From the sequence record NC_061449.1: a DNA stretch of 64,000 bases; one strand, 5' to 3'. The translations under genes and the position numbers were made by a program. Below, piece by piece: positions 26,872 through 36,646 of this stretch (its first letter is position 1; every line of letters starts with the position of its first letter). The notes under the pieces are model-generated. The model ran no database searches. It was not told the DNA's origin and worked only from the letters and a program-made list of their open reading frames with translations.

Positions 26872-27852
26872 ATGAGATTCGGATTCGCCTGCAAGCTAAT
26901 CGACGAGAACGGCAAACAACCTTACCCAAACAAAAGTCTAAGCTATAAGCACTTCTCAAAACTCAGTCTTGACGAACGACGCCAGAAGTTGCGTGAGATC
27001 GTGACAGTCAATCTAACGTCGCTGTATGATATGATTGCTCACGTCGGTATGTTACGCCGAGACATGCGTATGTTTCGAATCACTAGTGAATTACTTCCGT
27101 TGTACACGCACCCGCAAGTAACGCATCTTTATCAAGAGCGTGAACTTGCCGCATACATCGAACACTGGTTGTGGAAGTGTGGTAAGTTGGCACAAGGCGC
27201 TGGTGTTAGACTTTCGTTTCATCCAGGCCAGTTCACAGTGCTCGCGTCCGATCGCCCTGATGTTGTACTCAACTCAATTAACGAACTTGAGTACCATGCG
27301 TACTGCGCCTATCACATGGGGTACGGTCGTCGCTTTCAAGACTTCAAGATTAACATTCACCTGAGCGGTAAACTTGGTGCAAAAGGGTTTCGTGCAGCAC
27401 ACTCGAAACTTTCTGATCACTGCCGAAAGATGTTGACCGTCGAGAATGACGAGATTACGTCCAGCATCGAAGACTGTTTAGAACTCGCCGACCTTTGCCC
27501 GATAGTTCTCGATATTCATCATCACTGGGTAATGACAAACGAATACATTCAACCGACCGATGATCGTGTTCAGCGTGTCATAGAGTCGTGGCGAGGCATC
27601 ACGCCTGTTGCGCATTATTCTGTGTCGCGGCCTGAGTTCGTACCGTCGAGAGGTCTGCCAGATCAAAACAAGCTCGCTGCTAATCGTATGCAGTTACGCG
27701 CACATTCTGACTACTATCACAATGACGACGTAAATGACTGGGCCCTAAGTTTCACTGATTTTGACTTGATGTGTGAGTCGAAAGCTAAAAACAGAGCACG
27801 TATAAAACTGGCTTGTTTTAGAGCGAACTCTGCAAATAACTGGACAAAATAA
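26872..27852 (+). CDS. uvsE: UV damage endonuclease (UvsE/UVDE family)
   Basis: MRFGFACK, MFRITSELLP, RLSFHPGQFTVL.S, INIH, LTVENDE, LDIHHH, AHYS, AHSDY, MCESKAK. Confidence 0.93.
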   Translation: MRFGFACKLIDENGKQPYPNKSLSYKHFSKLSLDERRQKLREIVTVNLTSLYDMIAHVGMLRRDMRMFRITSELLPLYTHPQVTHLYQERELAAYIEHWLWKCGKLAQGAGVRLSFHPGQFTVLASDRPDVVLNSINELEYHAYCAYHMGYGRRFQDFKINIHLSGKLGAKGFRAAHSKLSDHCRKMLTVENDEITSSIEDCLELADLCPIVLDIHHHWVMTNEYIQPTDDRVQRVIESWRGITPVAHYSVSRPEFVPSRGLPDQNKLAANRMQLRAHSDYYHNDDVNDWALSFTDFDLMCESKAKNRARIKLACFRANSANNWTK

Positions 27853-27885
27853 GGCTTGTTTCAGATGGTTGCCCTATGCTACACT
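27832..27885 (+). promoter_or_regulatory. Early-type promoter family copy 4 (overlaps the uvsE 3' end)
   Basis: GCA-AATAAC-TGGACAAAAT ... TATGC-TACACT. Confidence 0.8.
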
Positions 27886-27936
27886 GTATGTGAGCACTTT
27901 AATCGCGTTTAACTAGACAGAGGAAGGAACACTACT

Positions 27937-28239
27937 ATGTTCAATACGACAACTATCGCTAAAAAGACAGACGTTCTCCGTGCCACCAACCATTCTTTTG
28001 GCATTACTGGTATCACGCCTACCAATCGCATCTCCTGCGTTTGGCCCGGCGCTCTGGAAGTTCCTGCACACATTAAACGTTGGTGCCGCGCAAACGAAAT
28101 CCTGACTGACCTTGACGCGTACATGCGTGTTCGTTTTAAAGGTCGTCGCGCAGACATTCTGAATCTGGTAGCCAAGCATCTTGCACCAGATAACCCGGAA
28201 CTGGCTGTTCGTATTCTCTCAACTATCACAGAGGCTTAA
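27937..28239 (+). CDS. Hypothetical protein
   Basis: GAGGAAGG RBS. Confidence 0.7.
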   Translation: MFNTTTIAKKTDVLRATNHSFGITGITPTNRISCVWPGALEVPAHIKRWCRANEILTDLDAYMRVRFKGRRADILNLVAKHLAPDNPELAVRILSTITEA

Positions 28240-28240
28240 A

Positions 28241-28504
28241 ATGAAACTTCAACCACTAGAAGCTATGTATGGTGCTACGAACACCAATACACCGTTAGAT
28301 AGCAAACGTGGCTTCCGTCCTGTCGAATCAAAATACGTCGATAGTACGGAGGTTAAGTTGCAGAGGCTATCGCACGATATACACGAACGTGTGGTTGTTG
28401 GGTACGATCAATTTGGTCGTGCCTTGTATGGAACACGGGAGCCACAAACAACGTTCGAAGTGCGTGACAGCAAGGAAAGCGAACCGAGTAAGACGGCGCC
28501 CTAG
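28241..28504 (+). CDS. Hypothetical protein (start ATG 28241)
   Basis: GAGG RBS. Confidence 0.6.
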   Translation: MKLQPLEAMYGATNTNTPLDSKRGFRPVESKYVDSTEVKLQRLSHDIHERVVVGYDQFGRALYGTREPQTTFEVRDSKESEPSKTAP

Positions 28505-28579
28505 CAAGCTCACAAACGGAAGCCATAGAATAACAAACAATAAATTCATGCGCTGAACAAACGTGGGGGGTGTCTCAAA

Positions 28580-28957
28580 ATGATCGTTATATGTAACTCT
28601 TCAAGACAGTTCTGTCCTGACCGTCTCGCACACGGAGACGCTTTTGTCTTTGGTAAGACCCGCATGTTGTTACGCGCAGACTTCTTAGTTCTGACCGATA
28701 AAAATAACAGCATGTATGTTGTACGCAAATCTGATGTTGTATGGGCTCCCGAGCTTACGGGTGCGACGCATGTGATTAAGATCAGGGCGTTCGCCCAGAT
28801 TAAACCGTTTGAACTCAATGCAGCATGTCCTCAGTTCAATAGCCGCGTATTCGGAACAATCGCGTTCCGCAATCCGCACTTCGAACACAGACTGAATGGT
28901 CTGAAATATGTAGAGACAATCTTCGGAGGTTTACATGGCTCGATATCATGTGTTTAG
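28580..28957 (+). CDS. Hypothetical protein
   Basis: GGGGGG RBS-like sequence, 125 aa. Confidence 0.6.
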   Translation: MIVICNSSRQFCPDRLAHGDAFVFGKTRMLLRADFLVLTDKNNSMYVVRKSDVVWAPELTGATHVIKIRAFAQIKPFELNAACPQFNSRVFGTIAFRNPHFEHRLNGLKYVETIFGGLHGSISCV

Positions 28958-29183
28958 TGCGGCGCATAAGTATTTCGGTGAAGCATATGAAGGTACTTGG
29001 TTGAAAGAGATCGCTCTCAACGGCAAACAAGTCCTCAGTGCAGAGTTCCCCAACTTTGACGCAGCGAAAGAATGTGCCGATAAGTTGCATGAGGTTTGCG
29101 ATATAGGGTGGATCGTGTATAACGCTTTCTCAGAACGCGCAATGTACGATACCCGCACAGAGCACGGCGAGTCTGTAAAGTAA
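28935..29183 (+). CDS. Hypothetical protein
   Basis: GGAGG RBS. Confidence 0.7.
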   Translation: MARYHVFSAAHKYFGEAYEGTWLKEIALNGKQVLSAEFPNFDAAKECADKLHEVCDIGWIVYNAFSERAMYDTRTEHGESVK

Positions 29184-29260
29184 TAGCAGACTCGCTTGCA
29201 CCTATTCTTAACGTGGCGCTTACGGGCTACACAACAATTCACTATCAATTGAGGTTCCAA

Positions 29261-29770
29261 ATGAAATTCACTGCTATCGCTATCGCACTGGTTATGTCCG
29301 CTTCTGTATCTGCTGCAAACTTCAAAGCGCCTGCACCCGCTGCTGGTATGCAGTCGTCTGGCATGTCTATCTCTGATCGTCTGGATGATAGCTGCCTAAT
29401 CAAGTTGTCTGCCGCACAAGATCTGCGTGACGCTATTGTTGACTTTGCGGTGTCACGCGACGCTATTGACACTGTAGCACTTTGGCCTCTGGTCTGTGCG
29501 CCGACGGTCGAAGCTAAATCCATTAACGTCGAACGCATTGGCTCCGATTTGACTCTAACCTACGTCAACAAAGACGCAACGATGCCCAAGCTCGTTATTG
29601 TGTTGCAGCGCGTCAAGTCTGAGAACGAAGACGATGCACCTGCATATCAGATCGTTCAAGTCGGTGATATGAATGCTATGGGCTACGAAGAACAGTCCGC
29701 GGTTAAAGATTGGTTGCTTGATTGCTACGCAGCTACTGTACAAGACGATATGGTGGCGGCGCTGAACTGA
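29261..29770 (+). CDS. Secreted/periplasmic protein with Sec signal peptide
   Basis: GAGG RBS; MKFTAIAIALVMSASVSA-A signal-peptide pattern. Confidence 0.75.
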   Translation: MKFTAIAIALVMSASVSAANFKAPAPAAGMQSSGMSISDRLDDSCLIKLSAAQDLRDAIVDFAVSRDAIDTVALWPLVCAPTVEAKSINVERIGSDLTLTYVNKDATMPKLVIVLQRVKSENEDDAPAYQIVQVGDMNAMGYEEQSAVKDWLLDCYAATVQDDMVAALN

Positions 29771-30075
29771 TGGAAGGTAAAAAGCTAGACGTATTCCTGC
29801 AACAACGCACTGCAATAAATAAAGTCGCTTCCAGTCCAAAAGACTGGGAGACGTACAAAGAAATGCTGTTGAACATACGGCTTGCCGTTGCTGTTGACCC
29901 ACGCCCTGATGCCGCTGTGCGACACTTAGCACGTACTTGGCACGCCGAAAAGAAATATGCGCTCCCTGTCTGTCAGGCTACGCTTTTAAAACTGATGACG
30001 TTGAAGAAAGCGAACCAAACGCTTGAAGAAATGATCGCGCTCTACATTGACCTTGAGGAAGGACCGAAGAAATGA
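29770..30075 (+). CDS. Hypothetical protein (start ATG 29770)
   Basis: TGATG coupling. Confidence 0.65.
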   Translation: MEGKKLDVFLQQRTAINKVASSPKDWETYKEMLLNIRLAVAVDPRPDAAVRHLARTWHAEKKYALPVCQATLLKLMTLKKANQTLEEMIALYIDLEEGPKK

Positions 30076-31244
30076 ATGATATCACCAAAATTGCTCGCAG
30101 CATTTTTGAACGAGGCACTATCGAGCAACGTGATGCGTTACGTGCCGTTGCGAATACAGTGCTTGTTCCAAACATGCGACTTGCCTATGAAGTCGCTGAG
30201 CCTACAGTTGAAGAAACGTATCGCCTTCTTGAGGGCATTGCGTTTACAGGTGATGGTACGCTGATGCTGCCGGGTGACGAGATCTACGCACTCGATTCTC
30301 TCCTGAACAAAGAGTGGAAGAAGACTTTCTTCGAAGCTGTTGCGAACATGACGCTTACCATGTATTGCACAGACCCGCACACCGCGGGCAAAGGCTTCTG
30401 GCCTAAGAACAACAATGATTGTTGCGAGTTTATCACACGCGCCTTTATCTGGATGCTCACTCAGCACGGTCTGACCAATATTCTGTTGCGCGATACAAGC
30501 GTCGTAAGCCATACGCGTTTGCCTCAGTTTATCATTGCGTTGCAGACAGAAGGTAAAGACGATGGCTATGCGCGTCATTTCAGTTTGTATGATCCGTATT
30601 CTGATTCAGGCAACATCACTGTTTCTAACTTGTGGTCGGACGAATACAAAGCAGCAAGAGTGAGTGAGACTCTTGCTAGTCGTCCACCTGAATACGATGC
30701 GGTTCGTCGTATGAAGTTCGATGAACTCGCTGACTTGTGCGAGCGACTGGAACTCATTGCAGTGAAGTCCGACTCGAACTGCGATTGTGAAGATGATGAC
30801 TGCGAATGCGGTGAGCTGGTAACTCGCCATGACCTCGACCGCGACCCAGACGATCTGCGTGAAATCTTCTACGCCAAGTATGGCGACCCTGACGACGAAG
30901 GCGTTGTCGATGAAGAAGCCTGGATTACAGGCGCTTCACTCATGGAAGTTGAAATCAATCTGCCGATCGTCACTTTGCATAAGCCTGTACCTAAAACGAA
31001 TATGCCGCAATCTGGCCGCATGAAAACGAAAAAGCCGATGGCGAAATCGACTAACAAGAGTCGTGTCGTTCTTCGTCCAGACCAACAGATCTGGCATGAG
31101 CTTGATGAAAAGCAAGAGTTCGGTGATCGTCGTTTTGCTATCACTCTCGTATCTCGCCATACGTGTGGTATCAATCGACCTGTAGCAACGAACAATGAAG
31201 CGCTCGCTATCGCATACGCCCTGTTAGCGCTAGAAAGCAAATAA
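30072..31244 (+). CDS. Hypothetical protein with HeH-like module and a CDCEDDDCEC loop
   Basis: 390 aa, ATGA coupling. Confidence 0.75.
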   Translation: MNDITKIARSIFERGTIEQRDALRAVANTVLVPNMRLAYEVAEPTVEETYRLLEGIAFTGDGTLMLPGDEIYALDSLLNKEWKKTFFEAVANMTLTMYCTDPHTAGKGFWPKNNNDCCEFITRAFIWMLTQHGLTNILLRDTSVVSHTRLPQFIIALQTEGKDDGYARHFSLYDPYSDSGNITVSNLWSDEYKAARVSETLASRPPEYDAVRRMKFDELADLCERLELIAVKSDSNCDCEDDDCECGELVTRHDLDRDPDDLREIFYAKYGDPDDEGVVDEEAWITGASLMEVEINLPIVTLHKPVPKTNMPQSGRMKTKKPMAKSTNKSRVVLRPDQQIWHELDEKQEFGDRRFAITLVSRHTCGINRPVATNNEALAIAYALLALESK

Positions 31245-31289
31245 TTGGTCAGAATAGCGCTTCTATCTGAGGCGCTTCTATGATATAAT
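31237..31289 (+). promoter_or_regulatory. Early-type promoter family copy 5
   Basis: GCA-AATAAT-TGGTCAGAAT ... TATGA-TATAAT. Confidence 0.8.
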
Positions 31290-31356
31290 CATAGATAGAG
31301 CAATATCGCTCTCAACGTCACTTTTAACCATACGTTTATAACGGGAATTGTCATTT

Positions 31357-31659
31357 ATGTCACGCACTATTTCACGCAAGAAAGCAGTTAACCTCATGTC
31401 CACCACTTACAACGCGAAACACCCTGAGTACCTGCCTCGCCTGTTGGCCGAAGATATGGACTCGACTCACCTGTTTGAGTTTCGTGAAATGGTAATAGCC
31501 AAGATTCAATCTGGTGAAGACCCAACTAAAGTGGTCGATGATATGATCGATACTGCAATCCGCGTCACTCAGGTTCGTCGTCGTACAAGCAACGATTACA
31601 ACCCAAAGATTGCCGACGTGCTTACTGATGAACTGCGTGATATGCTCCGTAAACTCTAA
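31357..31659 (+). CDS. Hypothetical protein
   Basis: First ORF after the promoter; start uncertain. Confidence 0.65.
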   Translation: MSRTISRKKAVNLMSTTYNAKHPEYLPRLLAEDMDSTHLFEFREMVIAKIQSGEDPTKVVDDMIDTAIRVTQVRRRTSNDYNPKIADVLTDELRDMLRKL

Positions 31660-31667
31660 GGATAAAA

Positions 31668-32222
31668 ATGAAAAGCTACGGTTACTTTTATATTCTGAAT
31701 CACATCGCTATGGCCGTAGATGCACCCAACAAGGACGTTGGGTTTAAAGCTCTGATTGAACTGGATATGCTCAATCGCGCATCTATCTTTACGCGCCCTG
31801 ACGCCGAGCCCCGCGCTGCAAAACTTGTACGCGATTTAACTCAGGCAATCTATCCACCTGCCTCCGATATTCATCCGACTGTTGCGCAGCGTATGATGTT
31901 GGTTAAAGCGCTGCACGACGAAGAACTAGAATCCATCGTCGGTGGTATTCGCTTCTTCGTGCCGTTTGCGTACACGAAAGAACAACTGACCGAGCAGTTC
32001 GGTTTCTTTGATAATGGTGAGGCGCTTAACGTGCCCTACTATCTGCGACATATGCTCATGGAAGATCAAGCCGTCTTCCTCGATGGTAAGCTGACCAGCT
32101 TCGCGTATTCGTGCTCGCATGGAGAAGTGACGCAGACAGCCAGAACTTACGGTCTGCTTCCTGCTCAGGCTTATGGCAAAAACGATATCCCTGAGCAATT
32201 CAAACATCTGCCTCTGTTTTAG
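31668..32222 (+). CDS. Hypothetical protein
   Basis: AAGGA RBS. Confidence 0.7.
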   Translation: MKSYGYFYILNHIAMAVDAPNKDVGFKALIELDMLNRASIFTRPDAEPRAAKLVRDLTQAIYPPASDIHPTVAQRMMLVKALHDEELESIVGGIRFFVPFAYTKEQLTEQFGFFDNGEALNVPYYLRHMLMEDQAVFLDGKLTSFAYSCSHGEVTQTARTYGLLPAQAYGKNDIPEQFKHLPLF

Positions 32223-32234
32223 GAGACAACACTC

Positions 32235-32693
32235 ATGGGAGTTGTTAACGGCATAACCGCTACCACGTTCCCTTCGCGGGGACGTGACGAGGGCCAGAAG
32301 ATTGCTCTCAAGACTCGCTGGGGAATTTATCCAGCGGTTATTGTGCGACAGGATAACGACCAGCCGTACAATGAGATATGGAAGATCGATGCAAAGAATC
32401 TTCCTCGTCGTTATTTCGCAGAAAGCGATGACCTGTTCGTGTCGCGCCATTACATTGAGAACTACGCGAAGCATTCACCTATCTGTGCTAAAGGTGAGTA
32501 CGAAGATCAGTTCGTCGATGTGGTGTTTGACCACGACACACAGAATAAATGCGAAGGCGTCGTTGTGACGCATCGTGATTTGCTTGTGGTAATTCTTATT
32601 ACTACAGGCCCACATTCAGGTCGCTACGTTACTGGCAAAGAATGTCAGTACGCACCCCGACCTCGCTTCACCAAAGAACTTATCGACAACTAA
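32235..32693 (+). CDS. Hypothetical protein
   Basis: AGGAG RBS. Confidence 0.7.
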   Translation: MGVVNGITATTFPSRGRDEGQKIALKTRWGIYPAVIVRQDNDQPYNEIWKIDAKNLPRRYFAESDDLFVSRHYIENYAKHSPICAKGEYEDQFVDVVFDHDTQNKCEGVVVTHRDLLVVILITTGPHSGRYVTGKECQYAPRPRFTKELIDN

Positions 32694-32703
32694 GGACATA
32701 AGA

Positions 32704-33231
32704 ATGCAATTCAAAGTAATGCCTGACCTCGAACGTTTCCCAGACTTCATTATGCCTAAACGTGCTACTGCACACTCGGCTGGGTTTGACCTGTTTGCGC
32801 AGGAAGATATGATCATCACAAACAACACCGAGCTGTTCGAGCTGGGGTTCAAAGCAGCCGTACCTCGCGAGGTTACTGGCGCTAACGATCAGGTTCCGAA
32901 GGAGTACGTAGGGATCATCTTCCCACGCAGTGGCCTGGGCGCCAAGTTCAACTGTCAACTGTCTAACACGCTGGGTGTAATTGATAGCGACTACCGCGGT
33001 CAGTGGATGGCTGCTCTGCATCTCGGCGGCAAGGGGACTAAGGTCCAAAGCACGGAAACCAATCGACCTAACCACGGTGAAACGCAACGCCTCGTGATCA
33101 AGCGCGGCGAAGCATTTGCACAAGTGCTGTTCTTCGAAGTACCTCAGGTGACTGTTGTTCAGGTTACCGAACTGGATGACACAGAGCGTGGCGAGGGTGG
33201 TTTCGGTTCCACCACTAAGCCTAGTGAGTAA
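32704..33231 (+). CDS. dut: Trimeric dUTPase
   Basis: All five motifs: SAGFDL, PRSGLG, GVIDSDYRG, FAQ, RGEGGFGST. Confidence 0.95.
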   Translation: MQFKVMPDLERFPDFIMPKRATAHSAGFDLFAQEDMIITNNTELFELGFKAAVPREVTGANDQVPKEYVGIIFPRSGLGAKFNCQLSNTLGVIDSDYRGQWMAALHLGGKGTKVQSTETNRPNHGETQRLVIKRGEAFAQVLFFEVPQVTVVQVTELDDTERGEGGFGSTTKPSE

Positions 33232-33439
33232 TCTCTGGGTATTGTTCATTGCCTACTATGTTGTAGGCATTATTCAGTTCGCAAGAGAACTGCGATCTAT
33301 ATCGAACGATGATCCAGAAGTCAAAGCGTTCAATCGCAGCATGGACGATCAGTCCAATGTCCAAGTTCTCTGGACTGGACTCAAACTCGCTATGGCGGTG
33401 ATATTCATTCACATTCCGTGCTGGATATTCCGCATATAG
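33224..33439 (+). CDS. Small membrane protein (GTG start)
   Basis: Two hydrophobic segments; overlaps the dut stop. Confidence 0.55.
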   Translation: MSNLWVLFIAYYVVGIIQFARELRSISNDDPEVKAFNRSMDDQSNVQVLWTGLKLAMAVIFIHIPCWIFRI

Positions 33440-33497
33440 TGATGCTACTCACACGAGGGACCTTACGTGGGTTCCTCATTATCGTAATATAAACACT

Positions 33498-33812
33498 ATG
33501 GCAAAGAAAACTTATCTGCTGCCCCGTGAGCGACCTAGCCCGTTGCCGAACTTACGAGCCTATCTCGCGTTCCTCGCCCGGAAGCCTAACGCTAATCGCG
33601 CAGTATTAGAATCGTATTGTAATGCAAGTCTGGCTCAAATGCGCCGCCACCGTTTCTTTGTAGGTAAGCTCTTTGGCTACAAGGTGTATACGAAATCGAA
33701 CAAGCTCGCATACACGGTTGTGTGGATCGACCCATACAACTACGATTGTCTTGTTCTGAATCATCAAAGGAGAATAGTAGAGTTCAAAAACCTTTACGGC
33801 CTGCTTTTATAG
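33498..33812 (+). CDS. Basic hypothetical protein
   Basis: 104-aa ORF after a hairpin at 33455-33477. Confidence 0.6.
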   Translation: MAKKTYLLPRERPSPLPNLRAYLAFLARKPNANRAVLESYCNASLAQMRRHRFFVGKLFGYKVYTKSNKLAYTVVWIDPYNYDCLVLNHQRRIVEFKNLYGLLL

Positions 33813-33850
33813 TTAGGTCCTAGCGCCTTCACACTAGGGGAAATCTTCCG

Positions 33851-34528
33851 ATGATAACTGTTCTTAACAATCGTACCGACGAGGTAATTAAACGCCTGAA
33901 CGTAGCAGTATGGATCTGTGTCGCAATCATGTTTGCTGTCTTCATTGCAGTCGTGAGCAACGCACGAGCCAGTATGTCTACAGGCCCTGACAACGCCATT
34001 GATCTTTCATCCTCCGTGTCACTCGATCCCTCCAATCGCGTGGCAACCAAATACAAGGAGATAGAAAAGGCAGTAGCTGTGAAAGAAGAACGAAGGCCCA
34101 AACGTTATGTAACGAGAGAGCGCCTCCGACAACTTTATGCTCACTTGCCTCATCCGTCTGACTTGGGCAAGCAGATTGATTTGGCCGCAGAGAAGTACAA
34201 TGTAGATGCAAAACTGCTTCTATCAATCTGTGTGTCCGAGTCGCATCTTCGTGCAAAGGTCAGGAACAAGTCTGGTGCTACAGGTCTGTGTCAAATCATG
34301 CCTAACATGCACGGACGTTCTGTACGGGAACTCATGGACTACCGAATCAATGTTGATCAGGCAGCCCAGATTGTTGCGTTACTAAACAAGCAGTGTAAAG
34401 GCCGACGCGCTTGCGTTATCCAAAGTTACAACACTGGTTGGGGAGCATATTTGAAAGGGGTTCGTTCCCCTCAATATTTAGCGAAAGTACAGACTGAGTA
34501 TCGCCGCAAGCATACTCCATCTTCCTAA
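33851..34528 (+). CDS. Lytic transglycosylase (SLT domain) with N-terminal TM helix
   Basis: AAEKYNVDAKLLLSICVSES (catalytic Glu), SGATGLCQIMP, SYNTG. Confidence 0.88.
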   Translation: MITVLNNRTDEVIKRLNVAVWICVAIMFAVFIAVVSNARASMSTGPDNAIDLSSSVSLDPSNRVATKYKEIEKAVAVKEERRPKRYVTRERLRQLYAHLPHPSDLGKQIDLAAEKYNVDAKLLLSICVSESHLRAKVRNKSGATGLCQIMPNMHGRSVRELMDYRINVDQAAQIVALLNKQCKGRRACVIQSYNTGWGAYLKGVRSPQYLAKVQTEYRRKHTPSS

Positions 34529-34543
34529 TAAGAGGACATAATA

Positions 34544-35230
34544 ATGAACATCAATATCACCACGCTGTACAAAATGCAATTCCAGTTACTGAAACCTCTG
34601 TCACCTCGTCAGGAGTATGCGCTTGTCGTGCTGCTCTGTGACAACGTGCAAGACGGTGATGTGGCTGCACTGGCACAAGTAATCGTTCGTGACTATCCGC
34701 ACGTTGCGCGTCTGTATGATGCGTTCGCTGCTGCCAACCAGTACGAAAACGCTGTGCCGTTTATCGTACCTGTGTTGAACTCCGATGAAGTCACCGAAGA
34801 GATCTTCTGCATTCGTAATCACGCTCTGGTTGTTGCACCTGACCTGCGTGATTCCCTGTATCAGGCTCTGACTCGCGTTGTAATGATGCGTGAAACTCCT
34901 GATGAATTGCTGATGCGTGAAGGCGCTGAATTGATTCTGGTCCATGACGCTTTGCCGTTCTTGCTAGGCCAGTTCGTTGACAGTATGCTCGACGCGTACA
35001 ACTGTGGTGTGCTGCCTATGGTTATTCGTCCTACGAAAGACCAGCAGGCTATGCGTGATGATCGCCTCTTGTCGTTTGAGATGTTGCGTGACAGCAATAT
35101 GTTCTCTGGAAGTCTGGACTTTACTAAAGCTCTACAGCCGAGCGAAAAAGCGAAAGCAATTGCTGCCCAGCTTATCTCTCGTCTGCGTGGTGTCAAGCCT
35201 GTACACGGCTTCGACGCAGTAGCACAATAA
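34544..35230 (+). CDS. Hypothetical protein
   Basis: GAGGA RBS. Confidence 0.75.
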   Translation: MNINITTLYKMQFQLLKPLSPRQEYALVVLLCDNVQDGDVAALAQVIVRDYPHVARLYDAFAAANQYENAVPFIVPVLNSDEVTEEIFCIRNHALVVAPDLRDSLYQALTRVVMMRETPDELLMREGAELILVHDALPFLLGQFVDSMLDAYNCGVLPMVIRPTKDQQAMRDDRLLSFEMLRDSNMFSGSLDFTKALQPSEKAKAIAAQLISRLRGVKPVHGFDAVAQ

Positions 35231-35236
35231 AACTCA

Positions 35237-35266
35237 ACGGGAGACCTTAACTGGTTTCCCGTTTTT
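35237..35266 (+). terminator. Intrinsic terminator
   Basis: ACGGGAGACC-TTAACT-GGTTTCCCGT-TTTT. Confidence 0.8.
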
Positions 35267-35296
35267 CATTTCTGCGCAAATTTTGAGACTACGACA

Positions 35297-36238
35297 ATGA
35301 CTAAAATGACTAACATGCCATTCAGCACCTCTCTTGAACGTAATGCTTTCTTCAATGAGCACGTTCTCTCCTTAGACCTGTGGCCAGTATGGAAATACGT
35401 TGACGCTAACAACAATCCTCAATGGCAGGGTGACCCGCTGCTGCACCACATGCACTATCACTCTACCGAACATATGAAGCAGGTTACTGCGCTTGCGCTA
35501 TGGTTACTTCTTCAGGAGATGGAGTATCAGTGGCAGTACGATAACGGTGCCCTGCCACTGGCCGTCGCGTGTATGTTCCATGATATGCACCATTCGCTCG
35601 GACGTCTTAGCGATGAAGTTAACGTCCGTACTTCACAAGATGCTTTCAAGCAGTATCTGACGGTATGCGAAGACCAACGCATTAAAGATCACGAAGAAAT
35701 CATTCTCGATCTGATAGGCGTTACGCAATTTCCGTACATGAAGAATCGTCAGCCGAAGAATCTTATTGAGCGTTGTATTCGTGATGCGGATATTCTTTAT
35801 GGTATGCAGGATGATGCACTGGATGTTGTGATGTTTGCCTTGCGCCGTGAGGTAAATCGAAGCGTCAATACGCCAACCCACTTCACAGCAGAACAATGGG
35901 CAGCAGGTCGTGTTGATTTTCTTATGTCTGTTGAGATGTACACGCCAACTGCGAATACAATTATGGATTGGTTGCTTGTTCAAGATAACGATCACAACCA
36001 TCAGGCTAAGATTGATAGCTGGATGCGGGACAACGTTATCTTCCGTGATACGACGGCAAACAAACTTCGCGCCAATGACGTGTTGTTCATTGATACTGAA
36101 TCAGATAGTACGCCAAAGCGTCGTCTGATTGAACGTGTGGAATCAGTACACCCGTATATCAACTTCTACTTCCACGACGGCGAAGCTCTTTCGCTGCGTG
36201 ATGGTGAGAGTTGCGTCGTGTGCGAAAGACGCAAATAA
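35297..36238 (+). CDS. HD-domain phosphohydrolase
   Basis: YHSTEH, CMFHDMHH, IRDADIL. Confidence 0.8.
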   Translation: MTKMTNMPFSTSLERNAFFNEHVLSLDLWPVWKYVDANNNPQWQGDPLLHHMHYHSTEHMKQVTALALWLLLQEMEYQWQYDNGALPLAVACMFHDMHHSLGRLSDEVNVRTSQDAFKQYLTVCEDQRIKDHEEIILDLIGVTQFPYMKNRQPKNLIERCIRDADILYGMQDDALDVVMFALRREVNRSVNTPTHFTAEQWAAGRVDFLMSVEMYTPTANTIMDWLLVQDNDHNHQAKIDSWMRDNVIFRDTTANKLRANDVLFIDTESDSTPKRRLIERVESVHPYINFYFHDGEALSLRDGESCVVCERRK

Positions 36239-36283
36239 TAGGCTGAAATAGCCGTACTGTCTAAAGTGCGCCTATGATACAAT
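36231..36283 (+). promoter_or_regulatory. Early-type promoter family copy 6
   Basis: GCA-AATAAT-AGGCTGAAAT ... TATGA-TACAAT. Confidence 0.75.
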
Positions 36284-36339
36284 ATGCGTAAAGCAGAAGA
36301 ACGCGCACTGCATCACCCACGTAAACTGAGATACTGATT

Positions 36340-36645
36340 ATGCCTACTAACCACAATGACGTTCTGGAAAAGAAAGTAAAACGCGCCCTTGAAATTTGCT
36401 GGAATGAAACGGCAAAGAACAATTCAGGACCGACGACTTATGCGTTTCTTGCATCTTCGTTTGCTGCTGATGGTCGCATCCTGTTTGAACATGAATTGAA
36501 GATGATCGGCGACTGGCTGCGCGACGGTATTAACATCAACCTGTATGGTCGCTTTGCCGTAACTACCTACACAAGCAATAAGGGCTTCATGGTGGCATTC
36601 CAGCCTGTTGCTGACCTAGAAGATATCGTTGAGATGGAGCTGTAA
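36340..36645 (+). CDS. Hypothetical protein
   Basis: First ORF after the promoter. Confidence 0.7.
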   Translation: MPTNHNDVLEKKVKRALEICWNETAKNNSGPTTYAFLASSFAADGRILFEHELKMIGDWLRDGININLYGRFAVTTYTSNKGFMVAFQPVADLEDIVEMEL

Positions 36646-36646
36646 C

